Shown here in pieces: positions 54,038 to 64,000 of a stretch of DNA of 64,000 nt. Each line of letters opens with the position of its first letter. Positions within the stretch are counted from its first letter, which is position 1. The notes under the pieces are model-generated. The model made no database searches and had not been told where the DNA came from. It saw only the letters and a program-made list of their open reading frames with translations. The stretch is from Candidatus Aminicenantes bacterium UBA2190. Its GTDB lineage: Bacteria > Acidobacteriota > Aminicenantia > UBA2199. The stretch is taken from NCBI GenBank assembly GCA_002335385.1, contig DCVK01000023.1, positions 1,531-65,530 on the forward strand. Reading direction: 5' to 3'. Made by a program: the position numbers and the translations under genes.

Positions 54038-55146
54038 TGCGTATCGGCATCGACGGGCGATGGTTTTTTAGGGGCAATCCCAGCGGTCGGGTCGTGGTCC
54101 GCAAGCTTCTGGAGGAAATGATCCTCCATCACCCCGAGCATGATTACTTCGTCTTTCTTTCCAGGCGCGATGGCGATCAGACCTTCCCGTTTCCTGGCCG
54201 GGCAGTCAACCTGCTGTACCTTCCCGGGGCCAACGGCCTCCTGAGCAATTGCCTTTTTCTTCCATGGCGGGCCAGGAAGCTGAAGCTGGACGCATGCCTG
54301 AGTTTTTATTTTTCGCCGCCGGCCGGGCATTTTAAAAAAATCGTCTGGATCAACGATGTGATCTTTCTCGAATTTCCCGAATATTTCACCTGGAGGGAGC
54401 GATTGTATTTCTGTCCGCTGCGCCTCTTGAGCCGCCGTGCCGACAGGATCTGCACCCTGTCGCGAAGCGAAAAGGAGCGTATGGCGCGCCTCGGCTTCGC
54501 TCCAGCGGAAAAGATCGTGCCCGTGGCCCTGGGAGTCGATGAGGCGTACGCGCCTGCCGCCCAGCACGATCCGAGGAAGCTCCTGGAGGTTAAGGCACAC
54601 TACGGGCTCCCTGACCGCTTCCTGCTCTATGTCGGGCGCCTGAATGAGCGAAAGAACATCTTGCACCTGCTGGAAGCCTTTCGCGCCCTGAAAAACAACG
54701 ATATGCGGCTGGTTCTTGCCGGCGATGTCGACTGGAAAATGTTCGATCTGAACGGGAAGATCGGAGAGTTGGGCCTCGGGGAGCGTGTCCTGCTTCTGGG
54801 GCGGATCCCGGATGCGGATTTGCCCGGCTTGTATGCCTTGGCGGCGGTGTTTTGCTATTTGTCATTTGCAGAAGGATTCGGCCTGCCCCCCCTGGAGGCC
54901 ATGGCCAGCGGCGTGCCGGTGGTTATTTCCGCTTGCGACTCGCTTCCCGAAGTCTGCGGCCCGGCGGGGACGTACGTTGACCCCGATCAACCGGCCGGGA
55001 TCGCCCGCGCCATCGACACCCTGATGTCTGATCCGCACTTGCGGGAGGAAAAGAGGGCGTTGGGGCTGGAGCGGGCGCGATCCTTCACTTGGAAACAAAG
55101 CGTCGAAACGCTTCTTGGCGTATTCCATGATATGCTTTCTCAATGA
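54037..55146 (+). CDS. Family 4 (GT-B, group 1) glycosyltransferase
   Basis: Carries the C-terminal EGFGLPPLEAMASGVPVV motif. Its start overlaps the previous stop (TGATG). Confidence 0.85.
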   Translation: MRIGIDGRWFFRGNPSGRVVVRKLLEEMILHHPEHDYFVFLSRRDGDQTFPFPGRAVNLLYLPGANGLLSNCLFLPWRARKLKLDACLSFYFSPPAGHFKKIVWINDVIFLEFPEYFTWRERLYFCPLRLLSRRADRICTLSRSEKERMARLGFAPAEKIVPVALGVDEAYAPAAQHDPRKLLEVKAHYGLPDRFLLYVGRLNERKNILHLLEAFRALKNNDMRLVLAGDVDWKMFDLNGKIGELGLGERVLLLGRIPDADLPGLYALAAVFCYLSFAEGFGLPPLEAMASGVPVVISACDSLPEVCGPAGTYVDPDQPAGIARAIDTLMSDPHLREEKRALGLERARSFTWKQSVETLLGVFHDMLSQ

Positions 55147-55303
55147 GCATCGCATGGTCGTGAATTGAACATGAATACTGGCATCGGCCCCGCTTGTTGC
55201 TTTCCCGCAGTGGACATCCGGGCTTGTGCGTCAGGCAGTGTCCGGCAGGGTCGGTTCCCAAGAGGCCGTTGAACGCAGTTTAAAGGGATGCAAAGGAGAT
55301 AGG

Positions 55304-56440
55304 ATGAAGATAGCTATCCTGGGGACGCGAGGTATACCCTCGGGCTACAGCGGCTATGAGACTTTCGCCGAAGAGGTGGGGCGGAGACTGGCCGAGCGCG
55401 GTCATGACGTGACGGTATATTGCCGGCGTTCCATCTTCAAGGACAGACCGGCTATGTACCGGGGGATGAAGATGCTCTACCTGCCGTCGATCCAGACCAA
55501 GAGCCTCAGCACGTTCACCCACACCCTCCTGTCCGCCCTCCACCTGGCCTTCCGCAGGGCGGATGCCGCGCTGTTCGTCAATGTGGCCAATAGCCCCTTC
55601 TGCCTGATCACGAAATTGGCCGGCATCCAGACGGCGTTGAACGTGGATGGCCTGGAATGGCTGCGCCCCAAATGGGGTCCAGCTGGAAAGAAGTTTTTTC
55701 ATGCCGCCGCACGGATCGCGAAATACACCACTCACAGGCTGATCACCGATGCGGAGCGGATGAAAGAAATTTATCAGGAGGAGTTCGGAGCCGATTCCGC
55801 GCTGATCGCCTATGGCGCGAACATCCTGGCGTCCTCCAAGCCCGAGCTGCTCAAACCGTTCGGCTTGACGAAGGGAGAATACTTCTTCACCGCCTGCCGC
55901 CTTGTTCCCGACAACAATGTGGACCTGCTCATCGATGCATTCCTGCGGACGAATACGACCAAGAAATATGTCATTGCCGGGGGAACGCCATATAAAAGCC
56001 CTCATATCGCCCTATTGCGGAAGATGGCGGACCCCCGTGTCCAGTTCCTTGGGCATGTGGACGACCAGGATTTGCTCCGTGAGTTGCACTGCAACGCCTA
56101 TGCCTATTTGCACGGGCACCAGTTTGGCGGGACCAATCCCACCCTGCTGAAGGCGTTGGCTTTCGGGAATTGTGTCCTGGCACTGGATACGCCATTCAAT
56201 CGCGAGGTCCTGGATGACTACGGTATTTTCTTTGACAAGGATGCCGCCGCAGCCGCGCGCCGGATCCGGGAAATCCTTGAGCATCCCGAAGTCCAGGAAA
56301 GGATGTCACGGAGAGCTCCCGAGCGCATCCGCGAGAAATATACTTGGGATATCATCACGGACCAATACGAAACGTTGTTTGGGCGACTTGGCGGGAAAAG
56401 TCGCCCCGATCAAAGCAGCAAGCAATTGCCCCAGGCCTAG
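55304..56440 (+). CDS. GT-B glycosyltransferase with a DUF1972-type N-terminus
   Basis: Begins MKIAILGTRGIPSGYSGYETFAEEVG and carries YLHGHQFGGTNPTLLKALAFG. AAGGAG lies upstream of the ATG at 55304. Confidence 0.8.
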   Translation: MKIAILGTRGIPSGYSGYETFAEEVGRRLAERGHDVTVYCRRSIFKDRPAMYRGMKMLYLPSIQTKSLSTFTHTLLSALHLAFRRADAALFVNVANSPFCLITKLAGIQTALNVDGLEWLRPKWGPAGKKFFHAAARIAKYTTHRLITDAERMKEIYQEEFGADSALIAYGANILASSKPELLKPFGLTKGEYFFTACRLVPDNNVDLLIDAFLRTNTTKKYVIAGGTPYKSPHIALLRKMADPRVQFLGHVDDQDLLRELHCNAYAYLHGHQFGGTNPTLLKALAFGNCVLALDTPFNREVLDDYGIFFDKDAAAAARRIREILEHPEVQERMSRRAPERIREKYTWDIITDQYETLFGRLGGKSRPDQSSKQLPQA

Positions 56441-56454
56441 GATGAGCGAACGGG

Positions 56455-57078
56455 ATGCACAAAAACAGCCACAGCCATGAATCCCTGAAGAAGAGCGGAG
56501 ATCTGTTTCGGATCGTAGCCTCTTGCTTCACCGCCGTATCCTTGGCCCGGCGCCAAGCTGGCCTGGATGCCCGCTTTCTGCGACCGGGAAGCCCGGAATG
56601 GTACTCCTTCTTCTTTCTTCCTCTTGACTGCGGCGGCAACGTGCCTTACCGTGACGATTTCGCTGAATCCGTCCGCCGGTTGGCGGGCGGCGGGCGAATC
56701 CTGTGCACGGGGTACGTCACCGATCCCGGCGAGCTCGCCGCGCTCTACCAGCATTGCCGCGTCTATCTGCACGGCCACGAGTTCGGCGGCACCAACCCCG
56801 CCCTGCTGCAGGCCCTGGCCAATGGCTGCGCCGTATGCGCCCTGGATACGGTTTTTAACCGGGAAGTGCTCCTTCAGGGTCGGTACGGCTTGTTTTTTTG
56901 TAAAAAAACTGGTAACTTAAGCGCCTTGATCGCCGGTTGGGAGAACCAGGAAGAGTCTTTGGCGGGTTTCCGCGGCCGAGCCCGGCAGCGTGTCCGCGAC
57001 GACTATTCCTGGGAAAGGATCACCGCCCAATACCGACGACTGTTCGACAACCTGATGGCGGAGAGAAATGCACAATAG
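56455..57078 (+). pseudogene. Truncated paralog of the preceding glycosyltransferase (C-terminal half only)
   Basis: Residues from about GGNVPYRDDF to the end align with the C-terminal domain of the 55304-56440 product (YLHGHEFGGTNPALLQALANG versus YLHGHQFGGTNPTLLKALAFG). There is no N-terminal Rossmann domain. It overlaps the next gene by 11 nt. Confidence 0.5.
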
Positions 57079-58483
57079 AAGCAGGGACAGGAAGATCCTG
57101 AGGAACGGCGGCGATATCATCCTGCTGATCGCCGTGTTCCTGGCGGCCGTTTCTTTGGCCAAGGGCCATGCCGGGCTGCCCGGGAAATTCCTCGTCCTTA
57201 GCGCCAGGGAGTGGCTGCTGCTGATCCTGCTGTGCATGATCTGGAATTTCGGCGCCCGCATCGTCGGGCTGTACGACGAGTTCCGCATCCGCTCGTTCGC
57301 CGGTGAATTCTCCGTCCTGGGTACGAGCGTCCTGCTCCATTCCTTCCTGACCGTGGTGGTCTTGTTCGCCGCCAAGTCGCAGGTCCTTTCGCGCTTCTTC
57401 GTGTTCGTCTACTGCTCCCTGCTGCTGCTCGCACTCGCCCTCTGGAAAGCGGTCCTGCGGCTGATGCTCCACCACTACCTGAAGAACGGCCGTCATCAAA
57501 GCCACATCCTGGTTGTCGGCGGCGGCCGGACCGCGCGGAGTTTTTGCGCGACCATCGCGGAGAACCTCCACATGGGGCTGCGCGTGATCGGTTATATCGG
57601 CGAAAAACCGTCAACGGGATTCGGCTGCGAGCATCTCGGGACGATCGATCAGCTTCCCCAGCTGCTGGAGCGCAATGCCATCGACGAGGTGGTCGTCGCC
57701 CTGCCCAACGGCGACATCGCCCAGGTGGATCGGATCATCGGCATGTGCGAGAATCACCCCATCCGCGTACGGATCATCCCCGATTATTTCAGATACCTGG
57801 GCACGCGCTACAGCGTTTCGCGCTTCGGCCTGTTCCCGGTTATCACCCTGCGCGCCCACCCCCTGGAGGGGATATGCCGGAGGTTCGCCAAGCGGGGTTT
57901 CGACCTGGTCTTCTCCGCGCTGCTGTTCATCACCGTTTTTTTCTGGCTGTGGCCGCTGCTGGCCCTGCTGATCAAGGCGACCTCGCCGGGCCCTGTCTTC
58001 TTCAAGCAGGAGCGCTGGGGGATCAAGAACAAGCGCATCGAATGCTACAAGTTCCGCTCCATGGTCTGGGACAGCAAGGATGTGGACGAGAACGGGCGCT
58101 ACCAGCAGGCGCGGATCGATGACCCGCGCATCACGCGCCTGGGGCGCTTCCTGCGCCACAGCAACCTGGACGAACTGCCGCAATTCATCAACGTGCTGAA
58201 GGGCGACATGTCGGTCGTGGGTCCCCGTCCCCATCCCACGCCGATGAACCTGGAAGTGAAGGACTCCATCCAGCATTATCAGATGCGCCACCTGATCAAG
58301 CCCGGCATCACCGGCTGGGCGCAGGTCAAGGGCTTCCGTGGCGAGATCAGCGACCCGGAAATGCTGCGCCGGCGGATCGAGGCCGACTTGTGGTATATCG
58401 AGAACTGGTCGTTTCTGCTGGACCTCAAGATCATCGCTCTTACCTGCTGGGTGATGCTCATGGGGGACCCGTATGCATACTGA
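57068..58483 (+). CDS. Polyprenyl-phosphate hexose-1-phosphate transferase (WcaJ/EpsB-type priming sugar transferase)
   Basis: Has N-terminal TM helices, a CoA-binding-like domain and a bacterial sugar transferase domain ([33 protein letters not shown]). Confidence 0.85.
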   Translation: MHNRSRDRKILRNGGDIILLIAVFLAAVSLAKGHAGLPGKFLVLSAREWLLLILLCMIWNFGARIVGLYDEFRIRSFAGEFSVLGTSVLLHSFLTVVVLFAAKSQVLSRFFVFVYCSLLLLALALWKAVLRLMLHHYLKNGRHQSHILVVGGGRTARSFCATIAENLHMGLRVIGYIGEKPSTGFGCEHLGTIDQLPQLLERNAIDEVVVALPNGDIAQVDRIIGMCENHPIRVRIIPDYFRYLGTRYSVSRFGLFPVITLRAHPLEGICRRFAKRGFDLVFSALLFITVFFWLWPLLALLIKATSPGPVFFKQERWGIKNKRIECYKFRSMVWDSKDVDENGRYQQARIDDPRITRLGRFLRHSNLDELPQFINVLKGDMSVVGPRPHPTPMNLEVKDSIQHYQMRHLIKPGITGWAQVKGFRGEISDPEMLRRRIEADLWYIENWSFLLDLKIIALTCWVMLMGDPYAY

Positions 58484-58486
58484 TCC

Positions 58487-60430
58487 GTGTCGGGGATGAA
58501 ACATCACGGCGGTTTCGCCACCGGCTCACTCCTAGCCGCGGTTCCGCTCTTTGTCGTGGTCGTCATCCATATGGGTTTTGCCGTCTTGCCGGCATTTTTC
58601 CTGATGCTGGGTCTTGCTTCCTATCTCTGGAGCGGCCGCAAGGCCATGCTCCTCTTTCTGTTTTTGCTGCCGCTGGCCAATTCGACCCCGGACCTCTTCT
58701 TCAATGGCTATCCTTTCAACTATCTGGCCATGCCGCTCTTTTTCCTGGCGGGCGTCCTCTGCGCTTCGCGGCTGAAGAGGGAGCGACTGGCGACCGATTT
58801 CCCCGGCCGCGGCCCCTACTTGCTGTTCCTGGCCCTGCTGGTAGTCTCCGCCCTCTTCGTTTTCCTGCGCTGGTCGAACCTGGGCCTGTCCGCGCTGGCT
58901 TTCTTGCGCGACACCCCGGTGGCTCCCAGCATGGACAGGGTCTCCTTCGCCTGCATTTTCCCGGCCGTCACCCTGGCCCTGTTCGCCCTGGCGCCGTGGG
59001 CGGCGTTCCTGCTGCGCCATTGGCGCCTGGGGGCGGCGGAGGCCTTCGTTCCGCTCAAGGCCGGGTTTTTTCTCTCGTTCCTGCTGGCCCTGGCCCAAAA
59101 ATGGATCGACCCCGACCTCCTGTCCCAAAGCTGGTGGGGCGTGAAGATGAAGCAGCTGAACGGCGGTTTCTCAGATTTCAACGCCTTCGGCTTCTTCGCC
59201 GGCGCCATGTTTCTCTGGCAGGCCCTGGAGCTGATCGGGCGGTTATCGAACTCCGGGCGCGTCGCTGAAGAATCCAGGGACGGCCCCTGGCCCTGGCGCC
59301 TGCTCGGCGGCGGCAGCCTGATTGCCGATCTCATGTTCCTGGCCGTCGCCCTGGCCGCTGTTTTCGTCTCCGGCTGCCGCACGGCGTTCCTGTTCGTGCT
59401 GGCGGGGCTGCTGCGCCTCTTTTTCTCGCGGCGGCCCAGTGGGCTGACCAAGGCGGCAGCCGCCTCGCTGTTGGCCGTCCTGCTGCTGGTCGCCGGCGGC
59501 ACGCTGGGCCGGCGCCTGTGGAATTCAGCGACGCAGGCGGCGCGCCTCTCTTCCTCCGCCGATCTCGGCCGGGAGGTCGACCGGATCAGCAACGGCCGCC
59601 TGACCATGCTGCGCGACGCTGGAGTCATGATCGGCCGCTTCCCTGCCAGCGGCGTCGGCGCCGGCAACTTTCTCTTCTATCTGAAGTACCTGCATCACGG
59701 CGAGAAGGCATGGCTCGACCTGCCCCTGAACCAGTACCTGCTCTTTTTCAGCGAGACCGGCCTGACCGGAGGCCTGGTTTTCCTGCTTTTTCTGGCGACG
59801 GTGATGTGCCGGCTGGCGCCGGGAGCGGCGCGCTTCATGCTGGCGGTCATGGCCGTCGCCCTCTTCTTCAACAACTTCTTCTGGTTTCCCGAGGCCCTGC
59901 TGCTGTTCTGGATCGTCTTTTCCATCGGCCCATGGCCGGCGGCCAGGAAATCGAAAAACGGCGGCGCCTGGGCGGCGGCGGTTCTGCTTTTTTTCGTTGC
60001 AGCGAATGTCGTCCAATTCCAGGCGCTCCATCCCCGCACCCTGGCGCAGGAGCGGGGGACGCGCTACGACTACGGCTTTTCCTACCCCGAACAGGGGAAC
60101 GGGCGCGAATTCCGCTGGAGCGGGGAAAAGGCCGGGTTGTACATCCACTTGGACACGCAGGGACGCAGCAGGGGATACCGGCTCTACTGCGGCGCTCCCC
60201 TCCCTCATTTGCCTGCGGACAAACAGTCCGTGGACATCTATTGGCGGGGGAAGCCGTTCCAGCGACTGGCGTTCCGCCACAACGGCGAGATGCCGCTGCT
60301 CATTGAGGATCAGGGCGCCCGGGAGGGTTTCCTGGAATTCCGCGTTCACCCCGTCTTCAACCTGAAGAAGATGGGACTGGGAAGCGAGTCGCGGGACCTG
60401 GGCATTCAGGTCAGCGGGCCGGAAGGCTAG
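58487..60430 (+). CDS. O-antigen ligase/polymerase-like (Wzy_C) polytopic membrane protein with an extra soluble C-terminal domain of about 150 aa
   Basis: Has more than 10 TM helices, a Wzy_C-like segment (VSGCRTAFLFVLAGLL) and a periplasmic loop (RLTMLRDAGVMIGRFPASGVGAGNF). The start is uncertain (GTG 58487 or ATG 58496). Confidence 0.7.
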   Translation: MSGMKHHGGFATGSLLAAVPLFVVVVIHMGFAVLPAFFLMLGLASYLWSGRKAMLLFLFLLPLANSTPDLFFNGYPFNYLAMPLFFLAGVLCASRLKRERLATDFPGRGPYLLFLALLVVSALFVFLRWSNLGLSALAFLRDTPVAPSMDRVSFACIFPAVTLALFALAPWAAFLLRHWRLGAAEAFVPLKAGFFLSFLLALAQKWIDPDLLSQSWWGVKMKQLNGGFSDFNAFGFFAGAMFLWQALELIGRLSNSGRVAEESRDGPWPWRLLGGGSLIADLMFLAVALAAVFVSGCRTAFLFVLAGLLRLFFSRRPSGLTKAAAASLLAVLLLVAGGTLGRRLWNSATQAARLSSSADLGREVDRISNGRLTMLRDAGVMIGRFPASGVGAGNFLFYLKYLHHGEKAWLDLPLNQYLLFFSETGLTGGLVFLLFLATVMCRLAPGAARFMLAVMAVALFFNNFFWFPEALLLFWIVFSIGPWPAARKSKNGGAWAAAVLLFFVAANVVQFQALHPRTLAQERGTRYDYGFSYPEQGNGREFRWSGEKAGLYIHLDTQGRSRGYRLYCGAPLPHLPADKQSVDIYWRGKPFQRLAFRHNGEMPLLIEDQGAREGFLEFRVHPVFNLKKMGLGSESRDLGIQVSGPEG

Positions 60431-61113
60431 GTTTCCTGACGGCCGTCGTAGTGCCGGTCGAACAGCCTGTTGGCAGTGCCATATTTCTTCGCCGCTTTTT
60501 TCCAGCCGCGATCGGCGACGAAATTGTAGAACCAGCGCGGCATCATCGCCCGGCCCATGAGTGCAAGGACGTCGGCGGGGATCTCCCTGCTTTCGCAGAG
60601 GAAGGCGGCGGCCCTGTCCAGCGCCCGGCGCTGGTGGCGGACGATCGCGCCCGCCTTGCCCAGTGGGCGGTTGCCGATGGCGCCGCCCATGCCGGTCGCC
60701 AGGCAGCCCAGGAAACGGAATCCCGCCTGAGCGGAGAAGAGGCGGACGATATCGGCGGCCGGGCGGCAGTGGGCCGTCTCGGGGAAGCCGCAATTGACGA
60801 TCGCCGCCAGGGCCTGTCCTGTCCGGGCCTGGCCATTCCGGCGCTCGGCGACCAGGCGCAGCAGGTCGATGAGCGGTGCCGGCAGCTGGTCGACGTACAG
60901 GGGAAAGGCCAGCACGAGCAGGTCGCACAGGTCAACGGCGCCCAGAAGTTCGGACATTTTTCTCTCATCGCCGAGTGCGGGATACAGTTGCAGGGTCTTC
61001 AGCGCCATGCCGCGCTCCTCCAATACGGCGAGGAGATGCTCGCCCAGCGACTTGGATGTGCTGGCCGCTCCGCGCGGGCTGGCGACCAGCAACAGGACCT
61101 TGCGGCTGTTCAT
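60427..61113 (-). CDS. Flavodoxin-like fold NAD(P)H-dependent FMN reductase family protein
   Basis: Begins MNSRKVLLLVASPRGAASTS and carries LVLAFPLYVDQLP. The ATG at 61113 overlaps the upstream stop (ATGA). The longer track ORF is junk. Confidence 0.7.
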   Translation of the reverse strand: MNSRKVLLLVASPRGAASTSKSLGEHLLAVLEERGMALKTLQLYPALGDERKMSELLGAVDLCDLLVLAFPLYVDQLPAPLIDLLRLVAERRNGQARTGQALAAIVNCGFPETAHCRPAADIVRLFSAQAGFRFLGCLATGMGGAIGNRPLGKAGAIVRHQRRALDRAAAFLCESREIPADVLALMGRAMMPRWFYNFVADRGWKKAAKKYGTANRLFDRHYDGRQET

Positions 61114-61694
61114 GAGGCCTCCGCGCCGAAGAACGGCTCCTGGCTGAGGCGCCTTTCCATCTCGGCCAGGGAAGCGTCGCCGCTGAACACCAGCGTCGTC
61201 GCCTCGACGTCGCCCATGTTCAGGGCATTGCGGCCGACCAGTTGGCGGAAGGCGCCCTCGTTTCCGGCGTCCTCCTGCTTCAGGGTGCCGACGGCCAGCA
61301 GGCGGCGCGGCAGCGGGTAGCGCTGGGGATGATGGGTCTCGCCCTGGATGCGGATGAAAAAAGGCAGCAGGACGGGGATAATGCGGTCCAGCGCCTTCTT
61401 CAGCTCCGGCGCGTAGCCGCCGAAGGTGATCGGCGTCAGCAGGATGATGCGCTCGGCGCCGGACCAGGCGCGCAGGATCGCTTCCTGGTCGTCGTCCCGG
61501 ATGACGCAGCACCCCGGCGTCCTGGTCCAGCAGGAAAAGCAGCCGCGGCAGGCCTTGATGTCCATCGCCGCCAGCGGGAACGCCTTCGTTTCCCAGCCCC
61601 TGGACTTAAGCACCGCCGACACCGCCGCCGCCGCCCGGTTGCTGAGCGGGTCGCGCCCCGCCGGTGGCGAACCCTTGAAAAAGACTGCTTTCAT
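61110..61694 (-). CDS. Flavodoxin-like fold reductase (iron-sulfur-flavoprotein-like, with a Cys cluster)
   Basis: Begins MKAVFFKGSP and carries CRGCFSCW...GCC and ILLTPITFGGY. GGAGGAG lies upstream of the ATG at 61694. Confidence 0.65.
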   Translation of the reverse strand: MKAVFFKGSPPAGRDPLSNRAAAAVSAVLKSRGWETKAFPLAAMDIKACRGCFSCWTRTPGCCVIRDDDQEAILRAWSGAERIILLTPITFGGYAPELKKALDRIIPVLLPFFIRIQGETHHPQRYPLPRRLLAVGTLKQEDAGNEGAFRQLVGRNALNMGDVEATTLVFSGDASLAEMERRLSQEPFFGAEAS

Positions 61695-61834
61695 GGCTCC
61701 TCCGCTCGATTTTCCGCAGCCCATTATCCTCCGGGAACGCCGTTCCTGTCAAGTTGACAAAATGATTCCGCCCCCTGGCGCACAGGGAGCCTTTGCGCGT
61801 ATAATAAGGTTTGCCGCCAATTCATTAGGAGGAT

Positions 61835-63940
61835 ATGCACGTGGACAAAAAAAACATCCTGAATTTGCTTGCCCCGGCGCTGCTGCTGGCCGCCCTGTGC
61901 CTGCCGCTGGCAGCGACCGGGGACAACCCGTTCCTGACCGTCCCGAACACGCCCTACCAGACCCCGGTCTTCGACCGCATCCAGCTGGCCCATTACCTGC
62001 CGGCGATGCAAGAAGGGATGAAGCGGCAGCAGGCCGAGATCGACGCCATCGTGGCCAATCCCAAGCCGCCGACCTTCGAGAACACCATCGTGGCTCTCGA
62101 CATGTCCGGGCAGCTGCTTGGCGAGGTGACCGCCGTCTTCTACTCCCTGCTGAGCGCGGCCACCAGCCAGCCGATGCAGGACCTGGCCAACGAGCTGGCG
62201 CCGCTGCTTTCCACCCACAGCGACAACATCGCCCTCAACGACAGGCTCTTTGCCCGCGTCAAGGGGGTGTATGACCGCCGGTCGAAGCTGAAGCTCGACC
62301 CGGTGCAGCGCTACCTGCTGGAGAACACGTATCGCGGGTTCGTGCGCAGCGGCGCGCTGCTGGACGAGAAGCAGAAGGACCGCCTGCGCGAGATCAACAA
62401 GGAACACTCGCTCCTGGCCTTGAAGTTCAGCGACAACGTCCTGGCCGAGACCAACTCGTCGTTCATCGTCATTGCCGACAAGGGAGACCTGGCCGGGCTG
62501 CCCGACGGCGTCGTCGTTGAAGCGGCCGAAGCGGCCAAGGCCATGGACCTGGCCGGCAAGTGGGTGTTCACCGCCCAGAAGACCAGCTGGATTCCCTTCC
62601 TGCAGTACTCGCCAAGGCGCGACCTGCGCCAGGCCCTGTACGAGTGCTTCATCATGCGCGGCGACCGCGACAACGACAAGGACAACAAGGCCGTACTGCA
62701 GAAGCTGCTGGTGCTGCGCGAGGAGCGCTACCGCCTGCTGGGCTACAAGACGCCCGCCGACTACTACCTCGAGCCGCGCATGGCCAAGACGCCGGCGGCG
62801 GTGAACGATTTCCTGATGCGCCTATGGAAGCCAGCTCTCGCGCAGTCCAGGGCCGAGGCCGCCGAGCTGCAGAAGCTCATCGACGAGGAGAAGGGAGGCT
62901 TCCCGCTGCAGTCATGGGACTGGTGGTATTATGCCGAAAAGCTGCGCAAGACCAGGTACGACCTGGACGACTCGGAGCTGCGCCCCTATTTCAAGCTGGA
63001 GAATGTCCAGCAGGGGATGTTCACCCTGGCCGAAAAGCTCTGGGGGCTGAAATTCGTCGAGCGCAAGGACATCCCGGTCTACGACCCCGAAGTCCGGGTA
63101 ACCGAGGTCCGCGAGGGCGACGGCACGCTGCTGGGAATCCTGTACATGGACTTCTTCCCGCGCGACAACAAGCAGGGCGGCGCCTGGTCCGGGGCCTTCC
63201 GCGGCACATTCTACAAGGACGGCAAGCGCGTCATCCCCTTCGCCACCCTGGTCGGCAACTTCACCAAGCCGACGGCGGGGACGCCGTCGTTGTTGAGCAT
63301 CGACGAGGCCCTGACCTCCTTCCATGAGTTCGGCCACGCCCTGAACACCCTGTTCACCGACAGCCGCTACCGCTCCAACTTCGCCCCCCAGGACTCGGTG
63401 GAGCTGCCCTCGCAGATCATGGAGCACTGGGTGCTGGAACCCGAGATGCTCAAGCTCTATGCCCGGCACTACCAGACCGGCGAGGTCATCCCCGCGGCGC
63501 TGGTGGAGAAGCTCAGGAACAGCAGCCTGTTCAACCAGGGCTTCGAGACGGTGGAGTTCCTGGCCTCATGCTTCCTGGACATGGCCTGGCACCAGCTGGA
63601 AAGCGCGCTGAACGTGAATGTCAGCCGCTTCGAAAGGAAGATCATGGACGGGATCGGCCTGATCCCCGAGATCCTTCCCCGCTGGGGCTCCACCTATTTC
63701 ACCCACATCCACGGCGGCTATGAGGCCGGCTATTACAGCTACATGTGGTCCGAGGTCCTGGACTGCGACGCTTTCGAGGCTTTCAAGGAAACCTCGCTGT
63801 TCGACAGGAAGACCGCCGCCTCGTTCCGCAAGCACATCCTGGCCCGGCTGGGCACCGAGGATGCCATGGTCCTCTACAAGCGCTTCCGTGGCCGCGAGCC
63901 CAAGGTCGAGCCGCTGTTGAAGAAGAGGGGATTGCTGTAG
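61835..63940 (+). CDS. dcp: M3A peptidyl-dipeptidase Dcp / oligopeptidase A-like, with signal peptide
   Basis: Carries HEFGHALNTLF in M3A context and is 701 aa. The start could instead be the GTG at 61841, which has better spacing from AGGAGG. Confidence 0.85.
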   Translation: MHVDKKNILNLLAPALLLAALCLPLAATGDNPFLTVPNTPYQTPVFDRIQLAHYLPAMQEGMKRQQAEIDAIVANPKPPTFENTIVALDMSGQLLGEVTAVFYSLLSAATSQPMQDLANELAPLLSTHSDNIALNDRLFARVKGVYDRRSKLKLDPVQRYLLENTYRGFVRSGALLDEKQKDRLREINKEHSLLALKFSDNVLAETNSSFIVIADKGDLAGLPDGVVVEAAEAAKAMDLAGKWVFTAQKTSWIPFLQYSPRRDLRQALYECFIMRGDRDNDKDNKAVLQKLLVLREERYRLLGYKTPADYYLEPRMAKTPAAVNDFLMRLWKPALAQSRAEAAELQKLIDEEKGGFPLQSWDWWYYAEKLRKTRYDLDDSELRPYFKLENVQQGMFTLAEKLWGLKFVERKDIPVYDPEVRVTEVREGDGTLLGILYMDFFPRDNKQGGAWSGAFRGTFYKDGKRVIPFATLVGNFTKPTAGTPSLLSIDEALTSFHEFGHALNTLFTDSRYRSNFAPQDSVELPSQIMEHWVLEPEMLKLYARHYQTGEVIPAALVEKLRNSSLFNQGFETVEFLASCFLDMAWHQLESALNVNVSRFERKIMDGIGLIPEILPRWGSTYFTHIHGGYEAGYYSYMWSEVLDCDAFEAFKETSLFDRKTAASFRKHILARLGTEDAMVLYKRFRGREPKVEPLLKKRGLL

Positions 63941-63963
63941 AACTGATAATTTGATTTTATGTA

Positions 63964-63993
63964 GGGCGGCCTTTGCGGCCGCCCTTTTTTTTT
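63964..63993 (+). terminator. Rho-independent terminator after dcp
   Basis: GGGCGGCC-TTTGC-GGCCGCCC followed by T9, 24 nt after the stop. Confidence 0.85.
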
Positions 63994-64000
63994 GAGACCA

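Overview
High-GC (roughly 60-65% by eye) bacterial chromosomal fragment carrying about 55 protein-coding genes. I saw no rRNA, tRNA, CRISPR array, transposase, integrase or phage gene. The proteome is rich in secreted PD40/TolB-type beta-propellers, TPR modules and peptidases, which suggests an Acidobacteriota-like organism; this is inference only.

Gene blocks:
- 1-4.4 kb: two-gene xanthine dehydrogenase plus a YgeY-type M20 hydrolase.
- 4.5-12.6 kb: mixed housekeeping and envelope genes (RDD protein, Mop, AEC permease, S41 peptidase, phosphoesterase, GNAT, LUD protein).
- 12.9-19.5 kb: MacA adaptor with a LolCDE-like split ABC pump, followed by two exported proteins of unknown function, one of them a Tat-signal DUF362.
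- 19.9-42.3 kb: uninterrupted minus-strand island of about 19 genes, of which 15 have signal peptides or lipoboxes. It holds beta-propellers, MBL-fold, beta-lactamase-fold, DJ-1, isochorismatase, SMP30 and SnoaL modules, and includes apparent pseudoenzymes.
- 42.9-51.7 kb: secreted metallopeptidases (M3-like, M13, PepF) around an outer-membrane barrel.
- 52.1-60.4 kb: surface-glycan cluster (fcl, four glycosyltransferase genes of which one is truncated, priming transferase, Wzy/O-antigen-ligase-like protein).
- 60.4-64 kb: two flavodoxin-like reductases and Dcp.

The most unusual signal is non-coding. Two copies of an AT-rich composite element (19487-19890 and 42355-42918) sit 22.9 kb apart with their flanks in direct orientation, bracketing the secreted-enzyme island. 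Each is built from phased 6-7-nt tandem repeats around a long imperfect palindrome of about 180-190 bp. The palindromic core of one copy is inverted relative to the other, so it looks like an inverton. No function for it can be established from sequence alone.
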